DNA of 63,966 nucleotides, counting the filler, from an uncultured bacterium (GTDB lineage Bacteria > Auribacterota > CAZIXI01): assembly GCA_964543115.1 (NCBI GenBank). It is 3 parts of 3 records of this genome, joined end to end, with 100 filler letters (N's around TTAATTAATTAA, not from the genome) between each part and the next. Parts side by side here need not be neighbours in the genome. Positions count along the whole stretch, not along the records: positions 23,313 to 46,060 come from CAZIXI010000022.1; 2 more parts are not named here. One strand, 5' to 3'. Below are positions 26,301-38,300 of this stretch, piece by piece. Each line of letters opens with the position of its first letter. Positions within the stretch are counted from its first letter, which is position 1. Both the position numbers and the translations under genes were made by a program. Below the pieces are notes generated by a model. That model made no database searches, had not been told where the DNA came from, and saw only the letters and a program-made list of their open reading frames with translations.

Positions 26301-29300
26301 ATAATGTTTTTCTGAAACACAATGAAGTGATTAAAGAGTATCTGCAGCATTTTCAGGATCTTGTTCCAGATCATGGTATTAATATTATTAACAGAGACGA
26401 AGAAGGTGACGAAAATGGCTGGATAGCGAACAACAGGCGCAGGGTACGGGAAATGCGTGCGGCCATTGAGGCGCAGACAACAAAAATGGCGGAATATGAA
26501 CGTGATTTTGGCCGGGCAATGAGTGATTTCAATCTGGCCCAGGCCCACTTGCGGCAAAGGGTGCTTGCAGCCGGATCCATGAGTGAATTGATTACCGTCC
26601 TGGGCGGCGGTTTTAAATTGGAGTCTTCTCCCGGGGTAACAGTTGATGATTATCGCAGCAAGGTCCTGCAGATAATCGATAAACACTGGATGTTTTTTAT
26701 TAGCGAAGCGGGCAGCCAGCGGCACCGGCTGCAGAAACATTTATCCCGTGACGGTTTTGAAAAATATTTTCAGGAACGGCAGCAATCAAAGCAGGAGATC
26801 ATTGAATTAATCAGGCTGATTCATCAGCAGAAGCAGAAGAAGCTGCGGAAAGAACTGCTGGCCATGTTCCTGCAAAGCACGGTGCGGCCCGGAACCAGGA
26901 TCAAGATAAATTTGGCAAAGGCAAAAGAGGCCTTAAAGAGAAAAAAACAAGATGATGAAATGGTCCGATATTTGACAAGGTTTAAGCTTGTATCCACTGT
27001 TCTTTTTCTGGCTGTTGGCGGTGTCTGGCTAATGAAACTGGTATTCAGCCTGCTTTCACTGGCGGGTAGCAGTATTATCGCCAAATCTTTCTTGGGCAGT
27101 ATTGCTGCCGGCATTATGGGTGTGGGACCGGGTGGATTGATTGCTATAAGTATCCTGGCAATTATGATTGGCTGGGCCCTGAGCTCGCAGACACAGAGAC
27201 TCCAGGCTGAGGATGAATCTAAGGCGGAATTGACCAAGATACTAAAAAGACTGATGACAAAACTAAAAAAGGATTCGTCAGCTGACGAAGAATATGAAAC
27301 GCAGAGAATCGGATCCGCCAGGATATTGGGAATTCTGGCCAAACAACTTTTGTTCCTAACCAGCTCATACGCTCCTTATATTTCCGCCCTGCTGTTAGTA
27401 GTGTTTTTGATGACACTCCCTTTTGCGGCATTTGTTGTTGGACCGCAGCTTTTGTTTGCCGCGGCACTTAGCGGTTTGCTGGGTTTAACGGCTCAGTCAA
27501 TACTGCTGTTAAAAGAAAGGAATTCACTCAAGAAAGCGGAAAAACTGCGCATGGATAAAGGTAAACGTTTTCGCCGCGCGTTGATCGCCGGCGTGGTCAG
27601 TGTTATTGCTGTTTTTGCGGTTGCCGGTACAAGCAGCCTGACGGCGGCGCCTGCCGTAACAATTATTGCCGGGTTTCTGGCAATGGCCGCAGGTGGAATC
27701 GCGGCGGTGATTATTTTCAGGAAAAGCAGCGGCACGGCGGCGGCCAACTGGAAAGTAACGGCAGCTGGATTTCTGGCCGGTTTTTTAGCGGGGATTACTG
27801 CTTTAATGCTTGCTTGCTGGTATGGCGGCTGGATTTCTGTTGTTATGCTTAAGGCTATTCAAAATAGATTATTGGCTGGTGGAATTGGCTGGCTGAAATT
27901 TGTTGGCATACCGGTATCATTAGTATTCTTAATTAAAGGGATTTTCTGGCTGATAATGCAGTCAAAAACAGGAAAAAGGCTGGCGGAGTCCGTATTGCAG
28001 ATAAGAGACAGTGAAGAAACAGACTGGGTTGACCGTATGCTGGCCCGGAAAAGATTCCGGCAGTTTCTCTGGGTGTTGGGACTATTAACAAAAGAGCAAA
28101 TTGATACCACTAGCACCAAAAAGAATGCTGTTACGGAAATGTTGTTGTATTTATTCCGATCGGGAACAATTAATGCCTACCTGGTTTGGATTTCTCTGGC
28201 CTCTCTGGGTGCGCTCTACGCAATAGCAGGCTCATCACTGCTATCGCTTTTTGCTGGTTGGGCGGTGCCTGTTTTTGCCGCCTGGACAATCATGCTTGGT
28301 ATTTTGTTTGCCGCTACCAGGCTGGTTATCTATGGAACCAGGAAAGTACTGGAGAAGAATTTTACGAATTTTTCTTCCCGCAGCGGTGTTTCCTGGCGCT
28401 ACCGGATGAGGATTCGCAGTCTCGAGAACAATAAACCGCAGCTGGCTGGTGCTATTGATCGTGTTGTTGCTGAATATAAACTAAATGTGGCTTCCGCGAA
28501 TAACCCTACCGAGTTGGCGTATGGGGTAATGAAAAGAGGTTTTCAGGAAGGTTTGCTGCTGGATTTTTATGCCGGTTTAATTGAATTAAAGCGCCGGGAC
28601 AATGGCTGCTATTTGTTGAGGGAAGTGGAAGAGGTTTTACAAAGATTGAAGATAAACGATCCCCGGATAAAAAATTCCCTGATTATCATGCTGGAAGAAT
28701 TGGGTCTGGTCAGGGTAAGTTGGCTCAACCGGCTCAGATCCTGGATCGGACAACCGGAAAATATCGTTAAAGGTTTAAATAAATCCACTCAGCCCCTGAT
28801 TGGTTTATCAATTCTGTTTGGCGGCCCGGCAGCAGTAATGGCACAGTCCCAGCATGCTGGTATTCCCTACAGGATGCTGGAAACTGATGTTCCGGATTCA
28901 TTTACCGAAGTACTGGATTATCAACTGGAATTATTAGTGGATCTATTTTTCCCGCCGGATTATTCGGCGGTGTCTGAGGAAATGGAGCAATACGATGTGG
29001 AGCTGGCTGATGTCTGGCAGGAAGTTGTTGTTGCTCGCAGCACAGTGGAGGAAATAGATGCCTATATCAAGCTGAATGAAACAAAGTTGGAGAGGACAAA
29101 ACTCATGCTCTCAGAAATGGGGGAACAGTTGACGGCAGAAGAAAGGGAACAATTAACAATGGATGTAATTAATCTCGAATATAGTGTTTTGCCCAGTTTG
29201 CGAATGCTGCGCGAGCAGCAGGAAAAAGAAACTGTTTTTCAAGAGCTGGTGCCGAAGCTGGAGAAAAAACACACGAAAAAAATAAGCAAGGCACAACAAA

Positions 29301-32300
29301 AGCTTTCAGAAGCCAAAACCCCGGAGGAAAAACAGCGGGCGGAACAAAAACTGCGGCAATTGCAACTGGAAAAGTCACAGGCAATACTTGAGGCCCTATC
29401 TGAGAATGCGAAAATTGAGCAAGAGGAAGAAACCGCCCCGAAGGTTCTGCAGCAGGGCTTGGGCGGCGCGCTGTTTTCTGAAGGCGAAAAAGAAAAGGTA
29501 GATCTCAGAGGGCTGACAGAAGAACAGATACGGGAAGAAATGCAGGAAGAGATCCAGAATAATCTGGCTGCCCTGGTGGTGCTAGAATTCCCCACAGACA
29601 TGTTGGAACTGATCGATGCGGTTTATGGCCGGGGGGCGGTGGAAAGAGTCATAAAGGCATATCTAAAAGAAAAGGCCGTTCAATCAAGTTCTGCGGAAGA
29701 AATATTTGCTACCCTGACCGCACGTAACGACAACCAGCTGTTAAAAGCAAAGTGTGTGGTGGATCTTAGTTTGTTGGAGTTGGATCATGAAACAAAGATG
29801 AAATATATAGATATTATAAGAAATAATCCTCTTCCATTAATAACCGGCCTGGAGCCGGCTGGCATCCGGGCATTTACCGCTGCTGGCTATGATGAAAAAG
29901 AAAATGAGTTATCGATTAGCGCGGTGGAAGAATTTTTCCGGTTGTATGAAGAGAGGGCGGGAATGAGCTGGAACGATAATGCTGATTTGGATCCAGCTAT
30001 AAAGAAAGATACTGAAACAGCAGCCGGCACCTACCGTTTGTGGACGAAGTTTAGTCAGGAGTATGATGATCCGCTGTCAGTCTCTTTAGCTGAGTACTAT
30101 TCAGATTACGTTTTGGCGGAAGAAAGGATAGATGAACTTAAGGCAATGACTTTTTCCGCAGCAGGAGTAGGCGCTCTCTACAAACATGCAGCAGATAATC
30201 GTGAAATGAAGATTACATATCTGGATGCGGGTCTGGGGGAATTGATGGCGAGTTTTCCGCAGATTGATCGTTATACTATGGAGCTGCAGCGCTGGGCCGG
30301 GGATCCCACCTTAACCAGACAGCAGGTCGCTGATGAGATTGCCACCAGACTGTATTTATTAACGAAAAGATACAAAGCGGATTTCCGCATTGAAGATGCT
30401 TATGTGCTCACATCTATTTGGCGGGAAATGCTCTTGGGTGCAGGAACGAATTTTTCCGCAGATGAAGCGGAGATATACCAATTGTTTATGCGGGATTATT
30501 GCCGCCTGGTGTACGGAGAAGAAATGCCGGAACGGATCGAGGCCTGGGAAGAAGAGTGGATGCCGGAGAGTGAAGCCGCGGAAACAGTTTTAGCTGGGTA
30601 TGGTGTTTCTACTGAAAGAAACGGAGGACAAATTAGGGAAATGGCGGCCGGCTGGTTAATGTTTCGCCAATATCTGATGGATAATTTCGGGGTTGAGGAA
30701 GAAAGCCGGCTCCGGCAGGAGATCAAGGAGTGTGGCTATACCAGTGCAGAAATAGATTATCTGCTGGCAGAATGGGAAATCAGCCTGCGGGAAGCGGATA
30801 ATTTCCAGCAGTGGTTGATGTTTGAAAAAATGCTGACCAGCGCCCAAATAGATATTGCCAGAGAAGAGTTGGCCACAGACTTGGTAAATAATCTTCCGGC
30901 CGTAACCAGATTTGAATCAATCTGGAATGAAAAACGGATGCAGATAAGGATGCTTGGTGTTTTAAGAGAACGCGTGTTTGAAGAGTGGCAGCAATCAGCG
31001 GGTTCCAGCAGGGAGGAATTTGAGCAACTGGCCCGGCAAAGTCTGGAGCAATATGATTTTTCAGCAGCACAGGCTAGAGCTGTTCTGGCTGAATGGATTA
31101 CTGTCTTGGGGCTGGAAACAAATGCCGAAGAGTTGCGAGCAGAAGCCGCCCGGGTAGAAAAGGGTATTAATTATGGGGAGAAATCAGCACGGGTAAGAGT
31201 TGTTAAGCGGTTATTGTGTCTCCTGGGATACTATGGCGACGAACAGCTTAAAGAAATAGAAGAGGAACAAACATGGATAGCGGCCCGGGCAGAGGAGAGT
31301 CGGGCTAAGGTTGAAACAAAGGAACTATCCCAGGAGGCAGTAGAGGGGCGATTAGATGAAACCAAGATTTATACGGGCTTCTTGGAAGGTGAAATTCAAA
31401 AACACCAATTCCGTAATTTGATGCAAAGCTACACGAAAACAATAAACGCGGAACTAAAACAGCTGGGTATCTGGGAAGGTACCGATCCCTTACTGCGCGA
31501 TAAGCTTGTGGGGTTAATGGCTTATCTTTTGGCGGTAACCAAAGATGAATTAACCGCTGAACAGGTGAGGGTGTTCGTGCAGGCACTTTTAAATGATCCG
31601 GAAGAAGCGATCGCGCTGTTGGAAAAATATTATCGGGATGTGCGGATAGATAAGGTGCTGGCAGATGATATTGCTAAATTACAGCGGCAGAACGTATACA
31701 TGCTAAACAGCTTTCTTAATTTGGCCCGCGGTGAGGCGGTTAGTTTCTCCGGTCTTAGTAACGAAAATATGGATCTGGCGGCAATGCAGAAACAGGCCCT
31801 GAACAACTCCGTGGAACTGAATAATGCCAAAAATAGTATCCGGCAGGTATATGAGCAGCTTGTCTGGGCAATTGCTGAATACGGGGCCAGCGGTGAGAGG
31901 AAGTTGTTGGCCGGAGTCAAATCCGGAGATGGGGCAAATCCGGAGTGGTTTATGCAGGCGGGGTTTTGGCAGGATATTGGTAAAATCGTCATGTCTAATA
32001 AGGAAATAGAACAATATTATTTATCCTTTCTTCTTAGCGTGATTGAATATGGCGAGATCAGGAAGGCCATTAGCATGGATATCCTTAGCTATTATTTAAA
32101 TCAGGCAGCGCTGGAGGTGCAGGAACATCTGGCTTTGCAGACTTCTGGCATGGTTGGTTTGAGTACGGGACTGGCAGCTGAGGCGGCAAAAGAGATATTG
32201 CCGGGAGAGGCCAAGATCATTACCGTTGGCGGTAGCAGACGGGTGGTGTTTGGTATGGATCGTTATGTGAATTTGAGCGGTGAAGAAGTGGTTACGGGAA

Positions 32301-35300
32301 TAAGCAGGGATGATGGCAGTAAAAGAATGGCCCTGCCTGAAGTATCGCAGGCATTTTGGCAAAAGGCGCTGGAGTTTCGTGCTGAGTATGGCAGTGAGAT
32401 GACCGTTAATGTAAACAGTTCTTTTCGTACACGTGAAGAGCAATTGTGGTTGGTACAGTTAAATCCGAGGGTAGCGGCGCGGGGATCTAATACCGGACAT
32501 CAGGCCGGTAAAGCATTGGACCTAAATATTGCGGGACACGGCCCCAATACAGTTGCCCGGATGATGGGTTTTAGCAATAATAAGGCCATTCAATTGTGGG
32601 CACAAATATATGAAAAGAGTGCCGAATTTAAGACTGTAGCGTCACGCGCACAAAAGACAAACGGTATCAGCATGCATGACCGTTGTTTTAATTTCTTCTC
32701 CGCGGATTTTCTCAGGCTTTTACCGGTTCCCGAGTACGACAGGTTACTTGAAATATTAAAAGAATTGAAATTGATTGATGCAGCGGGCCGGCCGGTGGAT
32801 GAACAGGCTAAAGCCAAATTAGAGGCCGCCGGATTACTGGAGGACAATGGACAAGTAAGAAATCTGCGCGGTAATTTGGAAATCCTGGGTCTGGTTAATG
32901 ATGATGAAGAGATAACGGCTTGGCAGGCTCAGCGGCGCATAGAGAGGTATGTGAAAGAAAATGAGGAAAGGATTGACGGAAAAAGTTTGTCTGAGGTGGA
33001 GGGATTAGAAAAAGATATGTATATTGCTGCCCGTTGGTTCGGGTTTAGAAGAATTATGTTAAGCGGCGGTACATTTACCGGAATTGCTCCCATCGGGCCG
33101 GAGGCCTATCATTTTGATTACCGGGGTGAAATTGAACAAACGCCTGAGGATTATGTGCTGGTAATGGGATTAATGGGAGTAAATGCCGATTTGTTGACTC
33201 TATCAGCTTCCGGAAACCGGATCCTGGGAGTAAAACAATTCAGCAGCCGTTATGATCTTATTGGCGGGTCACGCACCGATGTGCTGGCTGGTGCACGCAA
33301 ACCATTAACGGTTAGTACGGCCGCAGATATTCTGGCCGCCACAAAAGCAGAAGCGGAAAAACTGTTAACAAGTGAGCTGGCAAATGAAGAATCACTGGCC
33401 AGGGATATCGTAGACATTATTCAGTTTAAAGGTGATGAAGAGGCGCTAACCGGAGAGGTAGGCACAGATGAGGCCAAAAAGAGATTGGCGGAAGCTATTT
33501 TTAAACGTGCCCAGGCAGAAAATATTCTCCGGTTTTTTAATCCGACAGTGGGAACCAGTATCGGCTATGAAGAAGACGGAGTAACCAGGGTGTTGGGGCT
33601 ATATGTTAATACGGTGATCCACGACCCGAAGAAAAAACTGGATAAAAAAATTGCCTATCTGGATACGGTTATTTATGATCTGCGGGAAAAAAGAGCGAGG
33701 CTGCGGCGCAATTACGAAGACGCCAGAAGGTTTTCCCTGCTCACCAATACCAATGAAATGCTGGGAATCTGGTCAGGTAATGCCCGCGAGATAGGTAAAC
33801 GGTTATCGGCATTTGAAAAAACCGCGGAAAGCGGCAATGTGGAGATAGATGATGTTGAAAAACTGCTGAATATTTACGGCACACATATAGAAAATATGCA
33901 GGAAATATTTAACCTGGAATGGCAGCGCTATACCAAGGCACTAGCACTTTTAGAAACTGAGAAGCAGAAGTGTCTGGCGGAGATATTTACCAATACGCAG
34001 CCGGCTGCTGTGCTTACCGGAAATAATGAAGAGGTATTGGCTAACCTAAACGGGTTAACACAGGCAGCGGTTAATAATGGTGTGGAGATGCAGATCCAGC
34101 GGCTGGAGGGCGATCAAGAACTACTGCGTCTACAAAAGGCACAAAAGGCATTAACAGTTAGTGCCAGGTTTGGCGCCGGCCTGAATATGGACCTTTCCGA
34201 ATTGGGAGATCTTTCCGAATTAGCACGTGTGCAGGAAGTCTTACGCAACACGATTGAATTTGATCCAATGGTGCTTTCCCAGGTGATTGAAATAATGATT
34301 AAGAAAACAAAATACGCGGAAGACGCCCGGGAACTTAAGGCGGCGGAACTTTGTCTTTACCGTTATCTTACCGCACAAAAAATTAAGGCACTGATTGTGC
34401 TGCGTTATTTAGAGGTGATTAAGGCCAATGAACATTATTTGTTTCTGGTAGAGCAGACTACCAGGAGCGAACGCACACCAACGGCAAAGATGCTTATCCA
34501 GTTAGAGGAGGCAAAATCTCAGCTGCTTCAGGCCCAGACTGCCTTCCAGTACACGGTAAACCCGGATAGTTATTCGGATTTGGGGCTGGATAATGATATC
34601 AGCAGCATAGTTGCCGGTCTGGGAATGAGTGATTTTTTGGCCGGGGGGGCTTTTAACCTGGCGCTTGTGCCGGAGAGGCTTGATAGGCAATTTATTGATG
34701 ATTTGTTTGCCGCTGTCTTCCAGCCGCATTCATTGATTGATGATGATATTACGGTAATGATAAATAAATTGAAGGGAAAGCATAAAGGAAAGGCCAAGGA
34801 TGAGTTGGAAGAGAAATTAATCGTCTGGCAGCGGATAGCGGATATCATGGAAGAAAACGGCAGCGACGTTACAAGGGAAAGAGAATTGCTTAACAAGATC
34901 GATAAAACCATATCTGTAAAAAAACGCATTCAGCTGTTGGAGCAGCTGCAGAAATCCACTTTGGGTTCAATGCCGGTAAGGGAAGTAGAAGCGCTGGCCC
35001 AGGTAGTTTATCTCAATTCCCTGGTAGCGGAAAAAGAAGATTTTGCCAAGGGCAAGAGCCTGCCGCTGACAATACCAGCGGGAGCAATTGTCTCAGCGGC
35101 AGCAGGTGATTTAGTCAGCCTGGTGCCGGTGGGTATTTATACAATTATTGATATTGTTAATCTGGGGCATTTTTTCTGGGGAGATCTTAGCGCTGAGCAA
35201 AAAGAACAGTTAGTGACTATGGAAATGCAATTGGACCGCTCACGCCGGCGAATGGCAATCAGCCAGCAGGCGGCGGCATATAACAAACAGGAGATAATTG

Positions 35301-38300
35301 AACGTTATCGTGTTGCCTTGGCTGCTTATCAGGAAACAGCAAACACAGATAATTTATTACGATACTTTAATGCTAGATTGGAACTTCTACTGGTTAACGG
35401 CCTGCAAGAGCCGCAGGCAGACCAACCGGAACAAGCGCCAGCCAGTGATAGAGAAACTGTGAACACAGAGATTGCTGATATTAGTGATAATCCTTTGTTT
35501 GCCGCTAAGGTTATTGATTTGGATGGTCTGATCGGAATCAGGGATAAAAAGAAGGCAAAGTGGCAGCAAAAGTTAAGTAATTTAAATCTCTGCCAGGAAC
35601 TCTCTGCCCGTAGAAGGCTGTTAGTAACTATCGCCAAGACCGTGCTGGAAATGGAAGAAATGCAGACCCGGCAGGCAACAGCACCAGCTGCTGAACGGAA
35701 AGCGCTCAACCAGCAGATAGAGCTGCTGCAAAAGAGACTGGACTGGCTGATAGAAAAAAGTATGGCTACACAGCCTGAATATACAGAGTCGCTCAGTAAA
35801 ATAAACGACAACCAGATTCTTCTGCAGGCCCTGAATGAAATGATTGAAGAAAAGTGGCCGCAAATCTATAAAGAACCATTTTCGCAGTCCAGCCTGGGTG
35901 AGGAAATGCGCCAGGCAACAGGCAAAACGCGCCGCCAGCAACAATTGCTGGATAAACTATTAACAGAAATAAGAACCATGCAGCCTGATAAACGTTCCGT
36001 TGCTGAGCTTGAGGCGCGGGTGCGGGGATTGGCTGAAGATGTGAAGGGACTTAACGAAGAAGAAATTCTCTATTGCCTGATTTATGCCCATAAGGTACTG
36101 GAAAATGAAATGACCGGCTATTATGGCCTGCTGCCTGACTGGTACGAGCAGTGGCTGTTCCGGGATGAGATAAATGAAAAATTTACAAAAAGATTTATAG
36201 AAACCATAAAGAAGGAAATAGCCTCCCTGAACAAGGAAGCAGAAAAGGCGCAGTCAGAGATGATCCGCGGGGAGGACATAGAGGAATTCAACAAGTTTTT
36301 GCGCAAACTGTTAAAGGGAAAGAAAACAAAAGATGAGAAGCAAGATATACTTAAACAGGGTCTTATCCTGCAGACTCCGGAAGATATGGGACTGGACTAT
36401 GCCGCATGGCTGGATTGGCTAGGCTGTGAATTTGTTCCGGCATTTAATGTTTTGTTCAGTGACGGCCCGGACGAAACAGCCAAATGGGCGGCAATCGCCC
36501 ACAGCATGGCTTATGAAAACCTGGTTAAGGAAAAAACGCTGGCGCTGCAGCGCTATGAACTGTTATTGACCCAGTACAATTTTTACACCAGCAAGGATAA
36601 GCTGGCTGAAGATGAGAAAGAGGTGCTGCGCCGCCTGCAGCCAGCTCTGCAGCAGGCTGAACTCAGCCTGTTATTGTACTGGCGGGGAGATGAGAGCGCT
36701 ATTGAAGAAATCAGACAGCGGGCTGGCAGAATTGAATCCATTGCCGTCAGCCGAATAGAAGCGACAATTACCGGAACAACGCAGACAACGCCGGTTCTGG
36801 AATATACATATCAATGGGAAGAGGAGGGTGTAATTCATGTTAACCGCCGGTTTGTTTATTATAGTCCGGATTATCTTAATGAATCATTCCTGCCGGATAC
36901 GGGATTTTCCGACCTTTTCGGAATAGTTAGCGGTGTGGAAAGTTTCGCCCTGGAAGTGGAAACCACTCAGAGTATGGGAACAGCACAAATCAGTGGTATC
37001 AAATTAATGAATTTATTTACCGGCAGTCAGGAAGAAGAGATTGTCTATAGCGGGCGCAATGTAACCACTTTTTTCCGGCAGATGCTGGATCTGGAAGAAT
37101 CCTACCTGCGGGCAGATGATCTGGAAGCGGAGGTAGCACTTAACCGGGATATCCTAACCAAGGTTGTACCGCTGGGGCTTTTTCTGTCTCTCAGTTTGAG
37201 CGGTCAACATTCTGAAGTAAACTATAATACGCTTGATTATCGTGAAATCACCGATTCTGTGGGCAGCAGTGCCGCCCTGGGCAGTGAACGAGCCGGAATA
37301 ACAGTAAGCGCCAATTATTATTTGAGCCAATACCAGACAGAAGGTAATGAGGACTGTCTAGAGCCGACGGAACGGGAGGCGGACTGGTCGGTAACCGTAA
37401 CCGGGGATATTGGTAAAATGGCGGCTGCCCTGCAGGGAGTGGCCATTGCCCTCAGCGCTTATAACATCGAAAACGCACAAGGACAAGAAACCGTGGGTGG
37501 ATACGGCAGCATTAGCTATACGAGTGAAAACGGCAATTATATCTTTCAGGTGGATAACGAGGATGCTGCTTTAAAACTCTCACGCTGGCTGGGCAGCAAG
37601 ATCCAGTTGGATTTTGATACAAACTTCACTTATAACCCGGATAATGATGAGCGCGGAGGAAGTGTTACTGCCGGTGCTGAATACAATGTCAGCAGTAACG
37701 TGCGCGTGGGATTGGACATAGAATATTCTTCTAGCGATACCTCCCGTCTGGGTGCCGATCCCTATGTGCGCTGGTATATTAATAAGCATCTTCTGTTACA
37801 GGTGCAGAATGACCTGGGGATCGGAGGGGAAGGCATAGTGGATAACAGTCTCTGGGTGTCTCTAACGCAATATTTCGATCAATTAGGTAATTATCTTACA
37901 GAAGAAATCAATCTGGATTACGATAAAGATTCCGGCTGGGATCTGGATACTGGTCTGACCGTTAATGCCGCCTTGGGACAGAGAAATTTCCTTAAAGCCA
38001 TGGCCAGTATGAGCCCGTGGGAATTTTCTGATTGGTTAGGGACAAGTGCCGGGGAAAGAGAGTTATTATGGCTTTCAGCCTATGTTGAGCTCTACCGGGT
38101 AGGTAATGATGATTTGTTTGGTTGGGATCTTGTAAAAGAGGACATAAAGGAAATAAAATTTGGTTTGGAAGACGGTAAGCCCTATGTTTCCGCGGCGGTG
38201 GGCGGAAAAACATATTTAGGGCTGTCCCGTCGTTATAAGTGGCTGCTGCCGGAAGAAGCAAACGAGGAAAATCAGGGCATAACTTCGGTTTATGCCAGCG

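Noticed and set aside
26981..28336. Calling the TM bundle a SecY homolog
   Set aside because: Helix count is similar but no SecY signature sequences are recognisable.
29850..30130. Possible lytic transglycosylase in the giant protein (LDPAIK...AGTYRLW...SLAEYYS)
   Set aside because: Only a faint resemblance to SLT motif III, with no convincing catalytic ES or GLMQ motif; needs HHpred.
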